Below are positions 18,592 through 29,928 of a DNA stretch of 64,000 nt, in pieces. Each line of letters starts with the position of its first letter. Position 1 is the stretch's first letter. Made by a program: the position numbers and the translations under genes. The notes under the pieces are model-generated. The model did not search any database, was not told where the DNA came from, and saw nothing but the letters and a program-made list of their open reading frames with translations. Source of the stretch: Planctomycetota bacterium (GTDB taxonomy: Bacteria; Planctomycetota; Planctomycetia; Pirellulales; UBA1268); contig JABAAH010000001.1 of assembly GCA_014238855.1 (NCBI GenBank), forward strand, positions 49,886 to 113,885. Direction: 5' to 3'.

Positions 18592-19392
18592 ATGACCGTA
18601 AGGCATGCTGCCAAACCAGTGATCATCCGAACTGGACCACCACAAGCTACCGATGCCCCTTCCAACGAGAAGTTGCTAGACGTCTTATCGAGGCCCACTA
18701 TTTTGAATGTTCAGCAATTTTGCCGTCCGCTCGCTGTTGCGATCCTTGCAATGCTCATAGTTTCGTCCGGAATATCGTCTGCGCGAGGATCAGAAGACGG
18801 GCACGCAACTGCCGAACATCACAGTCATGGCGAAGGACACTCCGAAATTGGTGCAAACCCACCTCCGGGCGTTGATCGAGCTGATTTTGAAAGCCCTGCT
18901 GAAATCAGGGGAGACCTTGCAATTTGGTCATTCGCCGTATTCCTACTACTTATGTTTTTGCTGACCGCAGTGGCCTGGAAGCCAATTATGAACGGGCTTG
19001 ATGCCCGCGAACAAAGTATCGCTGAGATGGTCGCTGCCACGCAAACTGCCCACGATGATGCAAAAAAACAACTAGTATCTTATGAGCGACGTCTTGCTGA
19101 AGCCGCTGAAGAAGTCAAAGGCATGCTCGACGAAGCAAGACGAGATGCTGAAACCACTAGGCAATCAATTGTTTCCGAAGCACGGCAAGCAGCTGATGAG
19201 GAAAAGCACCGAGCCAAAAGAGAAATCGAACTGGCCAGAGATGACGCTATTGCCAAACTTGCTGAAAAAGCAGGAGAACTTGCAGTTGGTGTCGCTGGGA
19301 AATTCATTCAAGAAAAAATTACTGCCGAAGATCAAAGCCGTCTTGTACGTGAATCTATCGCGGGTCTTTCAACATCGCCAAGCGTCAACTAG
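18592..19392 (+). CDS. atpF: F0F1 ATP synthase subunit b with long N-terminal extension
   Basis: TM helix (LAIWSFAVFLLLMFLLTAVAW) followed by a long charged coiled coil (KKQLVSYERRLAEAAEEVKGMLDEARRDAE...). It is preceded by about 110 extra residues that include a His-rich patch. Confidence 0.85.
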   Translation: MTVRHAAKPVIIRTGPPQATDAPSNEKLLDVLSRPTILNVQQFCRPLAVAILAMLIVSSGISSARGSEDGHATAEHHSHGEGHSEIGANPPPGVDRADFESPAEIRGDLAIWSFAVFLLLMFLLTAVAWKPIMNGLDAREQSIAEMVAATQTAHDDAKKQLVSYERRLAEAAEEVKGMLDEARRDAETTRQSIVSEARQAADEEKHRAKREIELARDDAIAKLAEKAGELAVGVAGKFIQEKITAEDQSRLVRESIAGLSTSPSVN

Positions 19393-19412
19393 GGCTGCAC
19401 CACAACAATCGC

Positions 19413-20051
19413 ATGACAACAGAGAGTTCAAAACGTTCATCGTCTTTAGATGCTCCCCACGATATTGGGGCTGCGCGACTTGCCAAGGTTTATGCGCAGG
19501 CAATTGTCGAAGCCGCGGATCGGCACCAGTCGCAGGCTGAAGTCTTTGAAGAATTAACTCAGATTGTTGAGGAAGTACTTCCTCGTGTAGATAACATTGC
19601 AAGCGTTTTCGAGTCGCCTCTTATATCTACATCAGATAAAAGTGCTCTTATACGCACTACTTTTTCTGACAAAGTATCACCGATAACAATCAATGCATTA
19701 CTCGTTCTTGCCGACCATGAACGTCTTGGGCTGCTCCCAGAACTGGTAATAGCTCTCCGACGTGAGCTAGACCGGCGGGCGGGCAAGCGAGAAGCTATCC
19801 TGACGACCGCACATTCAATCACCCCCGATGAACAGACTGCAATTCTAAAGTCAGTCGAAGGATCACTTGGGGAGTCACTAACCGCTCATTTTTCTGTCAA
19901 CCCTGATCTGCTCGGCGGCCTCGTCGTTCGGATCGAAGACACCGTTTACGACCATTCCATATCCACGAGCTTAGTGTCGCTCGCGGAACGATTGAAACAG
20001 AGGAGTATCAATGAAATTCAACACCGACGAGATCGCCTCGGTTCTACGTGA
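19413..20051 (+). CDS. atpH: F0F1 ATP synthase subunit delta (OSCP)
   Basis: [16 protein letters not shown]...[17 protein letters not shown] is an OSCP-type pattern. It sits between atpF and atpA. Confidence 0.85.
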   Translation: MTTESSKRSSSLDAPHDIGAARLAKVYAQAIVEAADRHQSQAEVFEELTQIVEEVLPRVDNIASVFESPLISTSDKSALIRTTFSDKVSPITINALLVLADHERLGLLPELVIALRRELDRRAGKREAILTTAHSITPDEQTAILKSVEGSLGESLTAHFSVNPDLLGGLVVRIEDTVYDHSISTSLVSLAERLKQRSINEIQHRRDRLGST

Positions 20052-21555
20052 GGAAATTGACCGCTACCAATCTGGCATTGATGTTCGAGAAGTCGGGCAA
20101 GTGCTGGAAGTCGGTGACGGAATTGCTCGCGTGTGGGGCCTGTCCGGCGTCATGGCTGGCGAGATGGTTGAGTTCCCTGGTGGTGTCTCAGGACTAGCCT
20201 TTAACCTCGAAGAAAACTCAGTCGGTGTCATCATCCTCGGTGACTATTTAAAAGTAAATGAAGGTGATGAAGTACGCAGCACTGGAAAACTACTCAGTGT
20301 GCCAGTGGGTGATGCCGTTATTGGCCGTGTCCTCGACCCACTTGGTAATCCCCTTGATGGAAAAGGACCGATTGCCACCGACCAAGAAAGGCCCGTTGAA
20401 ACGCTCGCCCCAGGTGTCGCTGATCGGCAACCCGTCCGCGAGCCTCTTCAAACCGGAATCAAAGCGATTGATGCAATGACCCCAATCGGTCGTGGACAAC
20501 GAGAATTGATCATTGGTGACCGCAAAACTGGTAAAACTGCTATTGGCATTGATGCAATCATCAATCAGAAACACAGTGGCGTAAAATGTTTCTATGTCGC
20601 CATCGGGCAAAAAGATTCATCGGTCGCTGTGGCAATTGATGTGCTCCGTAAGCACGGGGCCATGGAGTACACCACGGTTATCGTTGCAGGAGGATCTGTA
20701 GCAGCACCTCTACAATACATTGCTCCCTATTCTGGGACGGCAATGGCTGAATATTTCATGTACAAAGGTGAACATGCCCTTATTGTTTATGATGATCTTT
20801 CAAAGCAGGCAACCGCATACCGACAACTGTCACTTCTCATGCGTCGTCCTCCAGGGCGTGAAGCATATCCCGGAGACGTGTTCTATGCCCACAGCCGACT
20901 TCTTGAAAGATCTGCAAAACTTTCAGATGAACATGGTGGTGGGTCGCTCACATCGCTACCAATTATTGAGACGCTTGAGGGCGAAGTGTCCGCCTACATT
21001 CCGACTAACGTAATCTCGATCACCGACGGCCAGATTTATCTCCAGCCCGATTTATTCTTTGCCGGGCAGCGGCCAGCGATGAACGTAGGCATCTCAGTTT
21101 CTCGAGTGGGTGGGGCTGCCCAGACAAAAGCGATGAAAAAAGTTTCCGGGGGGCTCCGATTGGACCTTGCCTCGTTCCGCGAATTAGAGGCCTTCGCTCA
21201 ACTCGGAACAGACCTTGATGCAGCAACTCAATCGAGACTCGACCGAGGCTATTGCATGGTCGAATTACTGAAGCAAGGACAATACCAACCTCTGGACATC
21301 GTTGATCAAGTACTCAGTATTTATGCAGGAACACGCGGTCACCTTGATAACGTAAAACGCAATGAAGTCGCTGCTTGGGAAGCCGGGTTTCTGACTTTCG
21401 TGCGTGACCAAGCCCCGGAAGTTCGTTCCAGGCTCGAAGAGACAAAGGCTCTCGACGATGAAACCGAACGTCTTCTTGAGGCTGCGATCGCAGAATACAA
21501 ACGTCAAATTCAAGGCTCGAAAAAACCTGAGCCCACTCTTGCCGGTACTACCTGA
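20011..21555 (+). CDS. atpA: F0F1 ATP synthase subunit alpha
   Basis: 514 aa. [10 protein letters not shown] Walker A and otherwise collinear with alpha subunits. Confidence 0.97.
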   Translation: MKFNTDEIASVLREEIDRYQSGIDVREVGQVLEVGDGIARVWGLSGVMAGEMVEFPGGVSGLAFNLEENSVGVIILGDYLKVNEGDEVRSTGKLLSVPVGDAVIGRVLDPLGNPLDGKGPIATDQERPVETLAPGVADRQPVREPLQTGIKAIDAMTPIGRGQRELIIGDRKTGKTAIGIDAIINQKHSGVKCFYVAIGQKDSSVAVAIDVLRKHGAMEYTTVIVAGGSVAAPLQYIAPYSGTAMAEYFMYKGEHALIVYDDLSKQATAYRQLSLLMRRPPGREAYPGDVFYAHSRLLERSAKLSDEHGGGSLTSLPIIETLEGEVSAYIPTNVISITDGQIYLQPDLFFAGQRPAMNVGISVSRVGGAAQTKAMKKVSGGLRLDLASFRELEAFAQLGTDLDAATQSRLDRGYCMVELLKQGQYQPLDIVDQVLSIYAGTRGHLDNVKRNEVAAWEAGFLTFVRDQAPEVRSRLEETKALDDETERLLEAAIAEYKRQIQGSKKPEPTLAGTT

Positions 21556-21572
21556 GAAAGAGAGGGATTTCC

Positions 21573-22460
21573 ATGGCCAATGCTCGCGCTCTCGACCGAA
21601 GACGACGTTCTGTTCGTAATATCCGAAAAATAACACGGACAATGGAACTCATTGCCACTGCACGATTCAAAAAAGCGATGGACCGGTCAGTTGCAGCACG
21701 TGACTATACTGAGCAATTGGCAAAAATCCTGAAGAACATTGCTGCCGTTGGAGGAGATCTATCACATCCTTTGCTTATAAGTCGACCGACGCAACGCAGT
21801 GCTGTGCTTGTATTAACAGGGAACCGAGGTTTATGTGGAGGTTACAATTCCAATGCTGTAAGACAAGCAGTGGGTCTGCTGGGGCAGTGGTCGAGTGACA
21901 AGACGAAAACCCATGTGACAGTGTCTGGGAAACGTGGCATAAATGCCCTTAAGTTTCGTGGTATTACAGTTGACGAAGAGCACTTCGACTTCGAGGACAA
22001 ACCGGCATTTAGTGAAGTAGCACCAATCGGTGAGTCTTATTTAAAATCATATATAGAAGGCGACATCGATCGCCTCGATGTTGTTTATACAAAATTTGTA
22101 AATATTGGGAAACAAGAAGCCGTTTCAGAAACATTACTTCCGTTACAAACCCCGACAGACGAAGATGCTTCGGTGTCACCCGTAGGCCATCTAGCGTCCG
22201 AAGAATACGATTTTTATCCTTCAGCAGAAAGCATTCTTGAGGAAATTCTTCCAGCAAGTTTTCAGTCCAGATTATTCAAGTGTTTCCTGGATTCGGCCGT
22301 TAGCGAGCAAGTAGCTCGAATGGTCGCAATGAAGGGCGCAACGGAAAACGCATCGGGAATAATCAAAGATCTTTCAAGGCGATACAACAGAGCAAGACAA
22401 TCACAGATTACTGGCGAAATCATGGAAATTCTTGGCGGCGTAGAGGCTCTCAAGAAGTAA
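21573..22460 (+). CDS. atpG: F0F1 ATP synthase subunit gamma
   Basis: The RIRSVRNIRKITRTMELIATARFKKA N-terminus and the ITGEIMEILGG C-terminus are typical of gamma subunits. Confidence 0.95.
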   Translation: MANARALDRRRRSVRNIRKITRTMELIATARFKKAMDRSVAARDYTEQLAKILKNIAAVGGDLSHPLLISRPTQRSAVLVLTGNRGLCGGYNSNAVRQAVGLLGQWSSDKTKTHVTVSGKRGINALKFRGITVDEEHFDFEDKPAFSEVAPIGESYLKSYIEGDIDRLDVVYTKFVNIGKQEAVSETLLPLQTPTDEDASVSPVGHLASEEYDFYPSAESILEEILPASFQSRLFKCFLDSAVSEQVARMVAMKGATENASGIIKDLSRRYNRARQSQITGEIMEILGGVEALKK

Positions 22461-22513
22461 TGTATTCAAATCAAAAGCCACAAGCACGGCATTCACTATT
22501 TACAAACTCTTAG

Positions 22514-24001
<1,488 letters not shown>

Positions 24002-24022
24002 GACACCCCTTCATAAAGTATC

Positions 24023-24460
24023 ATGGCAACTACATCATCCCAAAAACTTATTCGCTGCGTCATTGTCACCCCTGAACAAACGGTTTTGGATACAAAAGCA
24101 ACGGCGGTATTGCTTCCCCTAGACGATGGGAGCCGGGGCATTGCTTCCGGGCATGCACCATTTATTGGTCGCCTTGGAGCTGGTGAGGTGAAACTGCTTG
24201 GAGTTGCAGGAGGAAACGGAGGAGAAACAACCATTCGAACCTTTATCGATGGTGGGTTCACCGAGGTTGGCAATAACGAAGTAACCGTGATCACTCAGCA
24301 CGCCTCAGACTCTGGATCAATTGATCCAGTAGAAGCGAAAGCCGAGCTTGCGCAACTGTGTAAACAAAAAGCTGTTGGTGATGAGCAGATAAATGTACTT
24401 CTTAGTGCAGAATCAACCGCTCGTGCTCGACTCCGAGCCGCACAAAAAAACAAAAAATAA
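24023..24460 (+). CDS. atpC: F0F1 ATP synthase subunit epsilon
   Basis: 145 aa. It is the last gene of the operon and shows an N-terminal beta-sandwich pattern (CVIVTPEQTVLD...GHAPFIGRLGAGEV). Confidence 0.9.
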   Translation: MATTSSQKLIRCVIVTPEQTVLDTKATAVLLPLDDGSRGIASGHAPFIGRLGAGEVKLLGVAGGNGGETTIRTFIDGGFTEVGNNEVTVITQHASDSGSIDPVEAKAELAQLCKQKAVGDEQINVLLSAESTARARLRAAQKNKK

Positions 24461-24508
24461 ACTGATTCGTGTCATCAGCGTTGTACTTGTTTTGTAAAAC
24501 CCCTCCGA

Positions 24509-25510
24509 CTATATCTGATAGTCCATTTCAGAGGAGGTCGTTTCTCCACGCATTCGTAATTTCGGCTTTTCAAGACAAACGGTTGTCCGCGGTTCAATAG
24601 ACCGAGTGATCCACACGTTACTGCCAATCACTGAATCGTGTCCAATGACGGTCACACCTCCGAGAACCGTTGCATTTGCATAAATAACAACACGATCGCC
24701 TATTGTCGGGTGCCGTTTCGCACCCCGCACCAACTGCCCCTCAGCATCAGTCGGAAATGATACCGCGCCAAGTGTTACACCTTGATAAAGCTTCACATGA
24801 CTACCAATCTCACATGTTTCCCCGACAACGACACCAGTTCCATGGTCTATAAAAAAATGATCTCCAATGGTTGCACCAGGATGAAGATCAATGCCGGTTC
24901 GAGAATGAGCCCATTCAGCCATCATTCTTGGAATCAGGGGTACAGCGAGGCGCTGTAGCAAATGAGCAAGGCGATGAATGGTCACAGCCTCGAGCCCTGG
25001 ATAACAAAAGATAATTTCATCTAGTGTACGCACTGCAGGATCACCGTCATACGCTGCCTGAACATCGGTGGCAAGAATCCGTCGGAGCTCTGGAATCTGC
25101 TCGAGAAATTCGACAGCCTTCGCCTGACCCAACGCCTCGAAATCAGCCTCATCCACGCAATCCTGAACCGCATTCGGCAAAGCAGAGGTCCGACGGCCCG
25201 CAGCCTCAGCAACCTGTGTCGCTGCAAGACTATGCCGTAAGGCACGGCCAATTTGTATCGTTAATTTATCGTGTAATCCATCAATTAGATCACCAACGTG
25301 ATACGTAACATTACCGAAATGAAGATTCTCTCTTCGGCGATATCCCGGATAGAGAATCTCCTTGAGATCCTCACATACTGTGATAATTGACTCATAATTT
25401 GGCAGCGGCCAATGCCCAAGGTAATTCGTTGTTGGCACCTCTCGATAGGTGTCGACAATTCGCTGTGTCAGCTTTGGTAGCTGTTCTTTTAGCCGCAGAT
25501 CAGTTGCCAT
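24509..25510 (-). CDS. cysE: Serine O-acetyltransferase (long form)
   Basis: Left-handed beta-helix hexapeptide repeats with [29 protein letters not shown]...[20 protein letters not shown]. Confidence 0.85.
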   Translation of the reverse strand: MATDLRLKEQLPKLTQRIVDTYREVPTTNYLGHWPLPNYESIITVCEDLKEILYPGYRRRENLHFGNVTYHVGDLIDGLHDKLTIQIGRALRHSLAATQVAEAAGRRTSALPNAVQDCVDEADFEALGQAKAVEFLEQIPELRRILATDVQAAYDGDPAVRTLDEIIFCYPGLEAVTIHRLAHLLQRLAVPLIPRMMAEWAHSRTGIDLHPGATIGDHFFIDHGTGVVVGETCEIGSHVKLYQGVTLGAVSFPTDAEGQLVRGAKRHPTIGDRVVIYANATVLGGVTVIGHDSVIGSNVWITRSIEPRTTVCLEKPKLRMRGETTSSEMDYQI

Positions 25511-25653
25511 GGTATTTGTCTAGCACGGTTGCTTGAACTATTCGGGTGCCCCTTCGAGAGATTCGACCCACACTTAGGTCAAAGTTGAACGGAACTTTTG
25601 GAATGCATCACACCCGGGAAACAGGGCAATTTCTGCGGGCATTGTCATCGGTT

Positions 25654-26376
25654 TTACAGTGTTTCATTTGACGCTTCAATCGCTGCAGACAGCGTTAAAC
25701 CGCCGTCATACAAGGCTCTTCCGACGATACAGCCCGCCGCACCGGTTGCTGCGATTGCTCGCAAGTCATCAGAATTTGCGACACCTCCTGATGCCACGAC
25801 CGGATGAGGAGAGGCCTGCACCATCGCTTCGAGAGCCGGTAGATTTGGTCCCTGCAGCATGCCATCCCGAGCAATATCGGTATAAACAATAGCTGCAAGC
25901 GGTAAATCAGCTGACTGAATAGCCACATCAACAGCCTGTTGCGAACTTGTTTCAACCCACCCTCGTGACGCAAGTTTCCCCTCCCGAGCATCGAGGCCAA
26001 GAACTAACGTATTCGGAAATGAATTCGCCAGCTTGTTAAAAAGATCTGGCTGCTCAATTGCAATGCTTCCAATGACAAGTCGTGATACACCAGCTTCCAA
26101 ATACAACTCTATGATTTCTTGAGAACGAATGCCTCCGCCCACCTGACAAGGCACACCAGCGGCTTTCACCATCCGTTGAATCAAATCCGCCTGCACAGCG
26201 GCACCATCTTTTGCTCCTTCAAGGTCAACAATATGAAGACGACGACTCCCTCCATCAATGAATTGGTTCACCGTCTTGACTGGATCTTCCCCGAAAACAG
26301 TTTCACGACCATAGTCCCCTTGCTGAAGACGTACACAACACCCTCCACGGAGATCGATCGCTGGCCAGAGTTCCAT
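25654..26376 (-). CDS. hisA: Phosphoribosylformimino-5-aminoimidazole carboxamide ribotide isomerase
   Basis: MELWPAIDLRGGCCVRLQQGDY...HIVDLEGA...VQVGGGIRS...ASGGV are HisA motifs. Confidence 0.9.
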   Translation of the reverse strand: MELWPAIDLRGGCCVRLQQGDYGRETVFGEDPVKTVNQFIDGGSRRLHIVDLEGAKDGAAVQADLIQRMVKAAGVPCQVGGGIRSQEIIELYLEAGVSRLVIGSIAIEQPDLFNKLANSFPNTLVLGLDAREGKLASRGWVETSSQQAVDVAIQSADLPLAAIVYTDIARDGMLQGPNLPALEAMVQASPHPVVASGGVANSDDLRAIAATGAAGCIVGRALYDGGLTLSAAIEASNETL

Positions 26377-26402
26377 TCAGCATTCCTTCACATTACAGGC
26401 TA

Positions 26403-27023
26403 TTAAACATGATCAATAAAATATTTCAGTAAACGCATACCGACTGATTGGCTTTTTTCCGGATGAAATTGTGTTGCGAGCAGTCGTCCGCGCGACACTC
26501 CAGAACAAAAAGTATCGCCATAGTTTGTTTCAGCAATAACAATGCTCGTATCTGATGGTCGAACGTAGTAAGAGTGAACGAAATAGAAAAAATGAGAGTC
26601 TTGGACACCTCTGTCAAGCGCCTCTGAAACGTGGCTACCCTCGCGCCATCTGACCTCATTCCATCCCATGTGTGGAACTTTAAGATCGTTCGAGCAATCA
26701 AATCGACATACATCGCCGGCAAACACACCTAATCCATCGTTTCGACCACCTTCCCACCCCGTTTGAAACAGGAGCTGAAGGCCCATACAAATGCCGAGAA
26801 ATGGACGATCGGCAGCAATGTGCTGCTGAATCGGTTCCACAAGACCACGATCTCGCATCGCTACCATGGCATCAGAAAAAGCACCAACCCCAGGAAGAAC
26901 AAGCCGTTCTGCCTCAGAGATACGGTTCGGATCTGAAGTAATTTCCGCAATGACACCATGTCTTTCGAAGGCTTTCTGAACACTTCGCAGATTGCCACTG
27001 CCATAATCTATAATCGTGGTCAT
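26403..27023 (-). CDS. hisH: Imidazole glycerol phosphate synthase, glutamine amidotransferase subunit
   Basis: IDYGSGNLRSVQKAFE...LPGVGAF...GICMGLQLL...FVHSY...QFHPEKS, showing the class I GATase triad. Confidence 0.93.
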   Translation of the reverse strand: MTTIIDYGSGNLRSVQKAFERHGVIAEITSDPNRISEAERLVLPGVGAFSDAMVAMRDRGLVEPIQQHIAADRPFLGICMGLQLLFQTGWEGGRNDGLGVFAGDVCRFDCSNDLKVPHMGWNEVRWREGSHVSEALDRGVQDSHFFYFVHSYYVRPSDTSIVIAETNYGDTFCSGVSRGRLLATQFHPEKSQSVGMRLLKYFIDHV

Positions 27024-27168
27024 AACTGCAGTGTAAGCGGCAGTTTCATAAGAGAAAGGGGGCGCTACTTTCCCCCCGATGGTGCTGCCGTTGATGCGAA
27101 AAACAAGCTCGAAGGTGCAGCTTGTCTCGAACCAGCAGCTTGTAAAGTGCCGCTTTCTCGTTTACTTC

Positions 27169-28017
27169 TTACTGAGAATTCTGAACTGCTGCCTGCTCTG
27201 GGTAAATGACACATTCGACCCGACGATTTCGCTTTCTACCCGCAGCCGTCGCGTTCGAGACGACCGGATGATTAGCACCATGTGCGACCAAGAACATCTG
27301 CCTGTCGCTTAATGGCGTTCGAGTCGCAAGAAAATCAAAAACTGCCGAGGACTGGGCCGTTGTCAACTGGTGCGATGATTGCCAAGATGATCCTTCAAGC
27401 GACTCAGAATCAAGATGTCCTTCGATTCCAAGAAAATGACGCGGAAAGACTCTTTCCAAATCTGCTGCTAATTGAGTCAGCAACGAAGCCCCAACAGGCA
27501 AAAGATTCGCTGTGCCAGGCTCAAACAGGCGGTCTGACGATACTTCGACACGAACAACACTTCCGTCTAAACGCACCTGATGATTCTCAAGAGACAGCTG
27601 ACCCATCGCTGATCGCATGGCTGAAATAACTTCTACCGTTGGAGGCAATACGGTAGAACCTGTCACCCGACCTGAAGTTTCTGGGCGAGCAACGACTCTG
27701 CTTGCGGCAAGTTGGGCTGTAGTACTGGCGAGTTGCTCTCGAATTGCTGAGAGCTCCTCCTGCATGAGCTGATTTTCTGTCTGACTTCGAGTCAAAGCAC
27801 CTTCCAACTGCGCATTATCGAATGAACTATACGATGGAACATCAGGCAAACTCGGTAGTACCCGAGGAAGAGTATGCGCAGGCGCAGCAACGCCAGGCGG
27901 TGGCTCGAGACTTATCATCGCCGGGGCTGCCTCAGGGCGCAAAAAATTTGATGAACAGCCTGTAAAAACTACAGCTGTCGAAAGCACCAAAGCGAGTCGA
28001 ACACAATATCTACACAT
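27169..28017 (-). CDS. OmpA/MotB-domain lipoprotein
   Basis: The start is chosen at ATG 28017, which gives the lipobox LSTAVVFTGCSS. A coiled-coil middle is followed by a C-terminal OmpA-like domain (GIEGHLDSE...TTAQSSAVFDFL...AHGANHPVVSNATAAGRKRNRRVECVIY). Confidence 0.7.
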   Translation of the reverse strand: MCRYCVRLALVLSTAVVFTGCSSNFLRPEAAPAMISLEPPPGVAAPAHTLPRVLPSLPDVPSYSSFDNAQLEGALTRSQTENQLMQEELSAIREQLASTTAQLAASRVVARPETSGRVTGSTVLPPTVEVISAMRSAMGQLSLENHQVRLDGSVVRVEVSSDRLFEPGTANLLPVGASLLTQLAADLERVFPRHFLGIEGHLDSESLEGSSWQSSHQLTTAQSSAVFDFLATRTPLSDRQMFLVAHGANHPVVSNATAAGRKRNRRVECVIYPEQAAVQNSQ

Positions 28018-28150
28018 ACTTCCAAAATCACGAGGAAGACAAGAATCTTCGGAGAATAGAGAAGACAACCATCCTGAACAAGGCCGTGATTCTGTTCTTT
28101 TCTTACAGATATTGAACATTTTGAACTGATTTGCAGCAGTTTTCTCCAAA

Positions 28151-29329
28151 TCAAGCCTCTGGCCGTATTTTCTCTCGAACCCACCGCCAGATAAAAAGAG
28201 TAACCGCAGTAAGCAGTACGACCAAGATCAGGACGGTTCCGAGTTGCACAACATCCTCGAAAACAAATGAAAACCGGTCCCACACTGACTGCCAGAAAAG
28301 AGTAATAACGACTGCTGCCAGGCAGAGGCTTGGACCGAACGGCAGTTCGTTCTCACGATGCATAAAAAGTTGTATGAGACCATGCACAAGTCCAATAAAC
28401 GTTGCAAGGAAAAAAATCAGAACAGCAGGTTGCCAGCCAAGCCAGATACCGACCATCGCCATAAGGGTAACGTCTCCCATGCCCATTGCTTCACGACCAA
28501 GTGCAGCTGAGGCACCAGCTCGAGTGATCCAAACAATGCCGGCTGAAACGACCAACCCAATCATCCCGCTCTGCGTTGCTGCTAAACGTATGCCTCCATA
28601 CAAATTCACAATCGAAAGAATAGTGATCCCAACTACAAACACTATATTGCGAGGCTCCTTCAAACATTGAATTGCTCTCTGGCCAACGCCCTGAGACATC
28701 TCGCTTTCTTGTATCGTCCAGCGAGATGTACACGCAAACCACCACAAGATAAAAACCCCCAATATCATGACTACGTGATATATACCGAAACTAGTAGCTC
28801 CCGAGGCATTGAGCGGTCCCCACGCAACCAAAGAGTCTGCTGTCAGCGACGCAGCCGCAAAAGATCGCTCCGTCACAGCAGGGACAGGAAGCAGTACTTG
28901 CGGGAAAACTGCCATAGCAAGGAGCCCACAGATTACTCCGGGTGTTGTAATGACATCAGGTATAACCCGATAACGAATATCGACCCAAGCTGCAGCAGCA
29001 AGAAACCAGAAAAAAACTAAATGCCCACCAGCCCTCAAGAATAGAGCAGAAGACGCTGTTGATGGACCAATCACATTTTGCGATAAGAGCCCCTGTGAGA
29101 TTACTTCCCACCACACAACTCCTACTGCAATGACAACGCCTAATAGCGTCACCACAAGAACATTCTGCGATCCCGAATTTCGAAGATTTTGCATATGATC
29201 GCTATGACTTATTTCTGCAATTCGAATTTCTTCGAGCAGCCAACTTATAAATCGATTCAATACAAATCCTACCAAGCCGCCGGCTGCACCCGAAAGAACA
29301 AGTACGACGACCGTCGCGAAACTATTCAT
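28151..29329 (-). CDS. A24-family prepilin peptidase
   Basis: Polytopic membrane protein with the two Asp motifs (WVDIRYRVIPD and GMGDVTLMAMVGIWLGWQ). Its ATG overlaps the aroK stop (ATGA). Confidence 0.8.
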   Translation of the reverse strand: MNSFATVVVLVLSGAAGGLVGFVLNRFISWLLEEIRIAEISHSDHMQNLRNSGSQNVLVVTLLGVVIAVGVVWWEVISQGLLSQNVIGPSTASSALFLRAGGHLVFFWFLAAAAWVDIRYRVIPDVITTPGVICGLLAMAVFPQVLLPVPAVTERSFAAASLTADSLVAWGPLNASGATSFGIYHVVMILGVFILWWFACTSRWTIQESEMSQGVGQRAIQCLKEPRNIVFVVGITILSIVNLYGGIRLAATQSGMIGLVVSAGIVWITRAGASAALGREAMGMGDVTLMAMVGIWLGWQPAVLIFFLATFIGLVHGLIQLFMHRENELPFGPSLCLAAVVITLFWQSVWDRFSFVFEDVVQLGTVLILVVLLTAVTLFIWRWVREKIRPEA

Positions 29330-29898
29330 GAGCTGGCTCCCTCAGATGGATCATCAGCCTGCGATGAGTAATTGCCGCACGCAACGAGCCACTTCACAAC
29401 CATTCCAACAATGACAGAAACAGTTTTTCCGTCCGTATCAATGCGAATACCTGCAACCTCATCGTAGTATGCTTCTCGATCCGAAATCGCTTGCGCTACT
29501 TCAGAATAGACATCTTCACCTTTGAGCGGGGGCCGGCGACTGGCTGTTGTTGCATCGAGTGCAAGACGCCGCTGAGTTTCAGCCACCGATGCCGAGACCC
29601 ATGCTACAGGTACTCTTGCATCCTGAATCATTTTCCGATTTTCTTTGCTCAAAATGACGCCACCGCCTGTCGACAGCACAACGTCTGGAACCTTTAGGAG
29701 TTCCCGTAATACCAACGTCTCCTCGTTTCGAAAGGACGGCTCACCGCGTTCCTGTATAAATGCTCCGACAGCACATGCATGCTTTTGCTCAAACACCTCA
29801 TCAGCATCTATTACAGGGCAGTCAAAATATCTTGAGACCCCCTCAGCAATAGTTGTTTTTCCAGACGCTCGATATCCCACGAGTATCAGACGAACCAC
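29326..29898 (-). CDS. aroK: Shikimate kinase
   Basis: LILVGYRASGKTTIAE Walker A, plus the FRNEETLVLREL and STGGGVI motifs. Confidence 0.85.
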   Translation of the reverse strand: MVRLILVGYRASGKTTIAEGVSRYFDCPVIDADEVFEQKHACAVGAFIQERGEPSFRNEETLVLRELLKVPDVVLSTGGGVILSKENRKMIQDARVPVAWVSASVAETQRRLALDATTASRRPPLKGEDVYSEVAQAISDREAYYDEVAGIRIDTDGKTVSVIVGMVVKWLVACGNYSSQADDPSEGASS

Positions 29899-29928
29899 GA
29901 ACTCCTCCTCTTAGCATGAGCCCATCTT

